From positions 22,138,709-22,202,708 of the forward strand of contig CM119264.1 of assembly GCA_051294375.1 (NCBI GenBank): DNA of 64,000 nt, read 5' to 3'. The DNA is from Paraspadella gotoi (Eukaryota; Animalia; Chaetognatha). Below, one piece after another: positions 56,161-64,000 of this stretch. The notes beneath the pieces were generated by a model. That model had not been told where the DNA came from and did no database searches. It worked only from the letters and a program-made list of their open reading frames with translations. A program made the position numbers and the translations under genes. How positions within the stretch are numbered: position 1 is the stretch's first letter; each line of letters starts with the position of its first letter.

Positions 56161-56534
56161 TGTTCTCACTTTTCTTTCTCCTTTTCCTTCTCGCCTCCGC
56201 TCAATAGAAACTGCTTTGGGTCAGACTAAACTATTTTGTTTTTTTTACTTATTGACTGAAAGCCTTCGAAGAAGCTAATGGTTGAGCCGTCAACCATTTA
56301 TTCTTTTTTTTTTACGTTTCGATTTATTTACGGGTTTTTTCCTCTGTTCAAAAAAAACTCGCGGTTTTTGCCTTATAAACTAAAGGAATAGAGTGAGTCT
56401 CGCCCCACCGATTCTTCGACTGCTGATGAATTGTTTGAGAGAGAGAGAGAGNNNNNNNNNNNNNNNNNNNNNNNNNAAACACAGAATCTTTATAGTACAC
56501 AAGTATTAGGCAGAACTGTGTCCCTTTTTTCTAA

Positions 56535-56592
<58 letters not shown>

Positions 56593-56599
56593 GAGAGAG

Positions 56600-62820
<6,221 letters not shown>

Positions 62821-63743
62821 ACAATATTAATATCATCAGAAACGCCCCTTTTAAAAAAATGAAGAGAATGATTATACTTACCGCAAGCTCTAAAATAAAA
62901 ATTAAGCTGCCGATTTGCAAATTGACAGCTTTTTTTTACCGGCCGCTGTAAAAATTGTCACCATGTGTATAACCATTCGGTAAACAAACTACCTTCTTCA
63001 ATTCACCTTTTTCAGTATTTTGAAATTGTGATTTTAGAAATTAATCTAGTTTTGTTCACGCAGTCCCATTCGGACTCTGCAATTATCATTTTTTTTTTCT
63101 CAATTAATTTTATCGTCCACAAAAATCCTTTTAATAGCCCGTCATTCACTTCTCTTCTCACTTCTCTTCGCTTCACTTGCCAATTCTCATTCATTCCTCC
63201 TCCCTCTTCACTTCTCTCAGTCGTCTGCTTCGAAAAATTGCTTCCTTCAAATTGGGACCAAGACGTTGAAAGCCCGTCGTCTAGCTCCATCGATCCCTGT
63301 TCAACCGCCACCAAAATTTTCAAAGTCAGTCATATTTATTTATTTGTATTTTTTATTTTTTTTAGATTTTTCTTTTCAAAAAAAAATATCACAAAGGTTT
63401 TGCCGTTGCGGCAAAAAAAATATCTTAAATACTTCATGGATTTCCGCAAAATTTTCTTCTCAGTTGATCCGTCTTTCAAAAAAAAAAAAAACTTTTCAGC
63501 TCAGTTGCAGAAGTTGGAAAATCTTTAGAATCAATTTTGACTCTCAATTTTTCAAAAATCATCTTTTCTTTTTGATCTTTTATCTTCGCCGAGTTCGAAA
63601 GACGAAAAAAAATGTTTTCTCGAGAATTTTTTGGTTCGATGAATTATTAACATACAATATTTTTTTTAGAAAAATATTTTACAGCTCTCCCCCTGCTTTT
63701 GTCTTAGTTCTTCTCTTCTTCTCCTCATCTCTCTCTTTTCTCT

Positions 63744-63780
<37 letters not shown>

Positions 63781-64000
63781 GTCGCCTCCCCTGACCTCTG
63801 ACTCTGATCTGACTCTGCGCCATCTCCATCCACATTCTGACACACACGATCAACGTTCAATCCAGACTCGCCGATTCGCTCTTCACCCCCTCAATTTCTC
63901 ACAAAACCCTCTCTCGCCTTGACTTCAATTCTGAGCGAGGATTTGTTTTCCTGGTCCCATTCTCGACGGCCTGCATGAATATTCCATCCCGTCAATGTAG

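Noticed and set aside
63221-63324. Exon-like segment near the window end
   Set aside because: Several frames and both strands are open; no product can be assigned.

Overview
Intron-rich, AT-rich eukaryotic (most likely invertebrate animal) scaffold with many (AG)n/(AAAG)n microsatellites, N-gaps and near-identical direct duplications. Many duplications carry indel noise typical of unpolished long reads, so some may be assembly artefacts. Almost all ORF-track entries are microsatellite noise, so genes were rebuilt exon by exon from splice signals and phase. Main content: (1) a minus-strand gene, 30557 to at least 49307, with 11 visible exons encoding three tandem AK1-type adenylate kinase domains (two degenerate, one canonical) and using two GC-AG introns; (2) just upstream on the same strand, four in-phase exons of a HAD class IIA (PGP/pyridoxal phosphatase-like) domain whose frame stays open past the domain end, so a phosphatase-triple-AK fusion is possible but unproven because N-gaps hide the junction; (3) a complete 5-exon gene for an unrecognised small secreted Cys-containing protein (28570-29503); (4) a complete miniature LTR retrotransposon (TRIM) with tRNA-like sequence in its LTRs, and a nearby MITE, both with empty-site copies in the window; (5) an intronic LTR-like segment followed by a 36-nt tRNA-Leu complement; (6) two copies of a truncated GT10 fucosyltransferase pseudogene; (7) a duplicated 4-exon gene fragment. 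Family calls come from motif recognition, not database searches.
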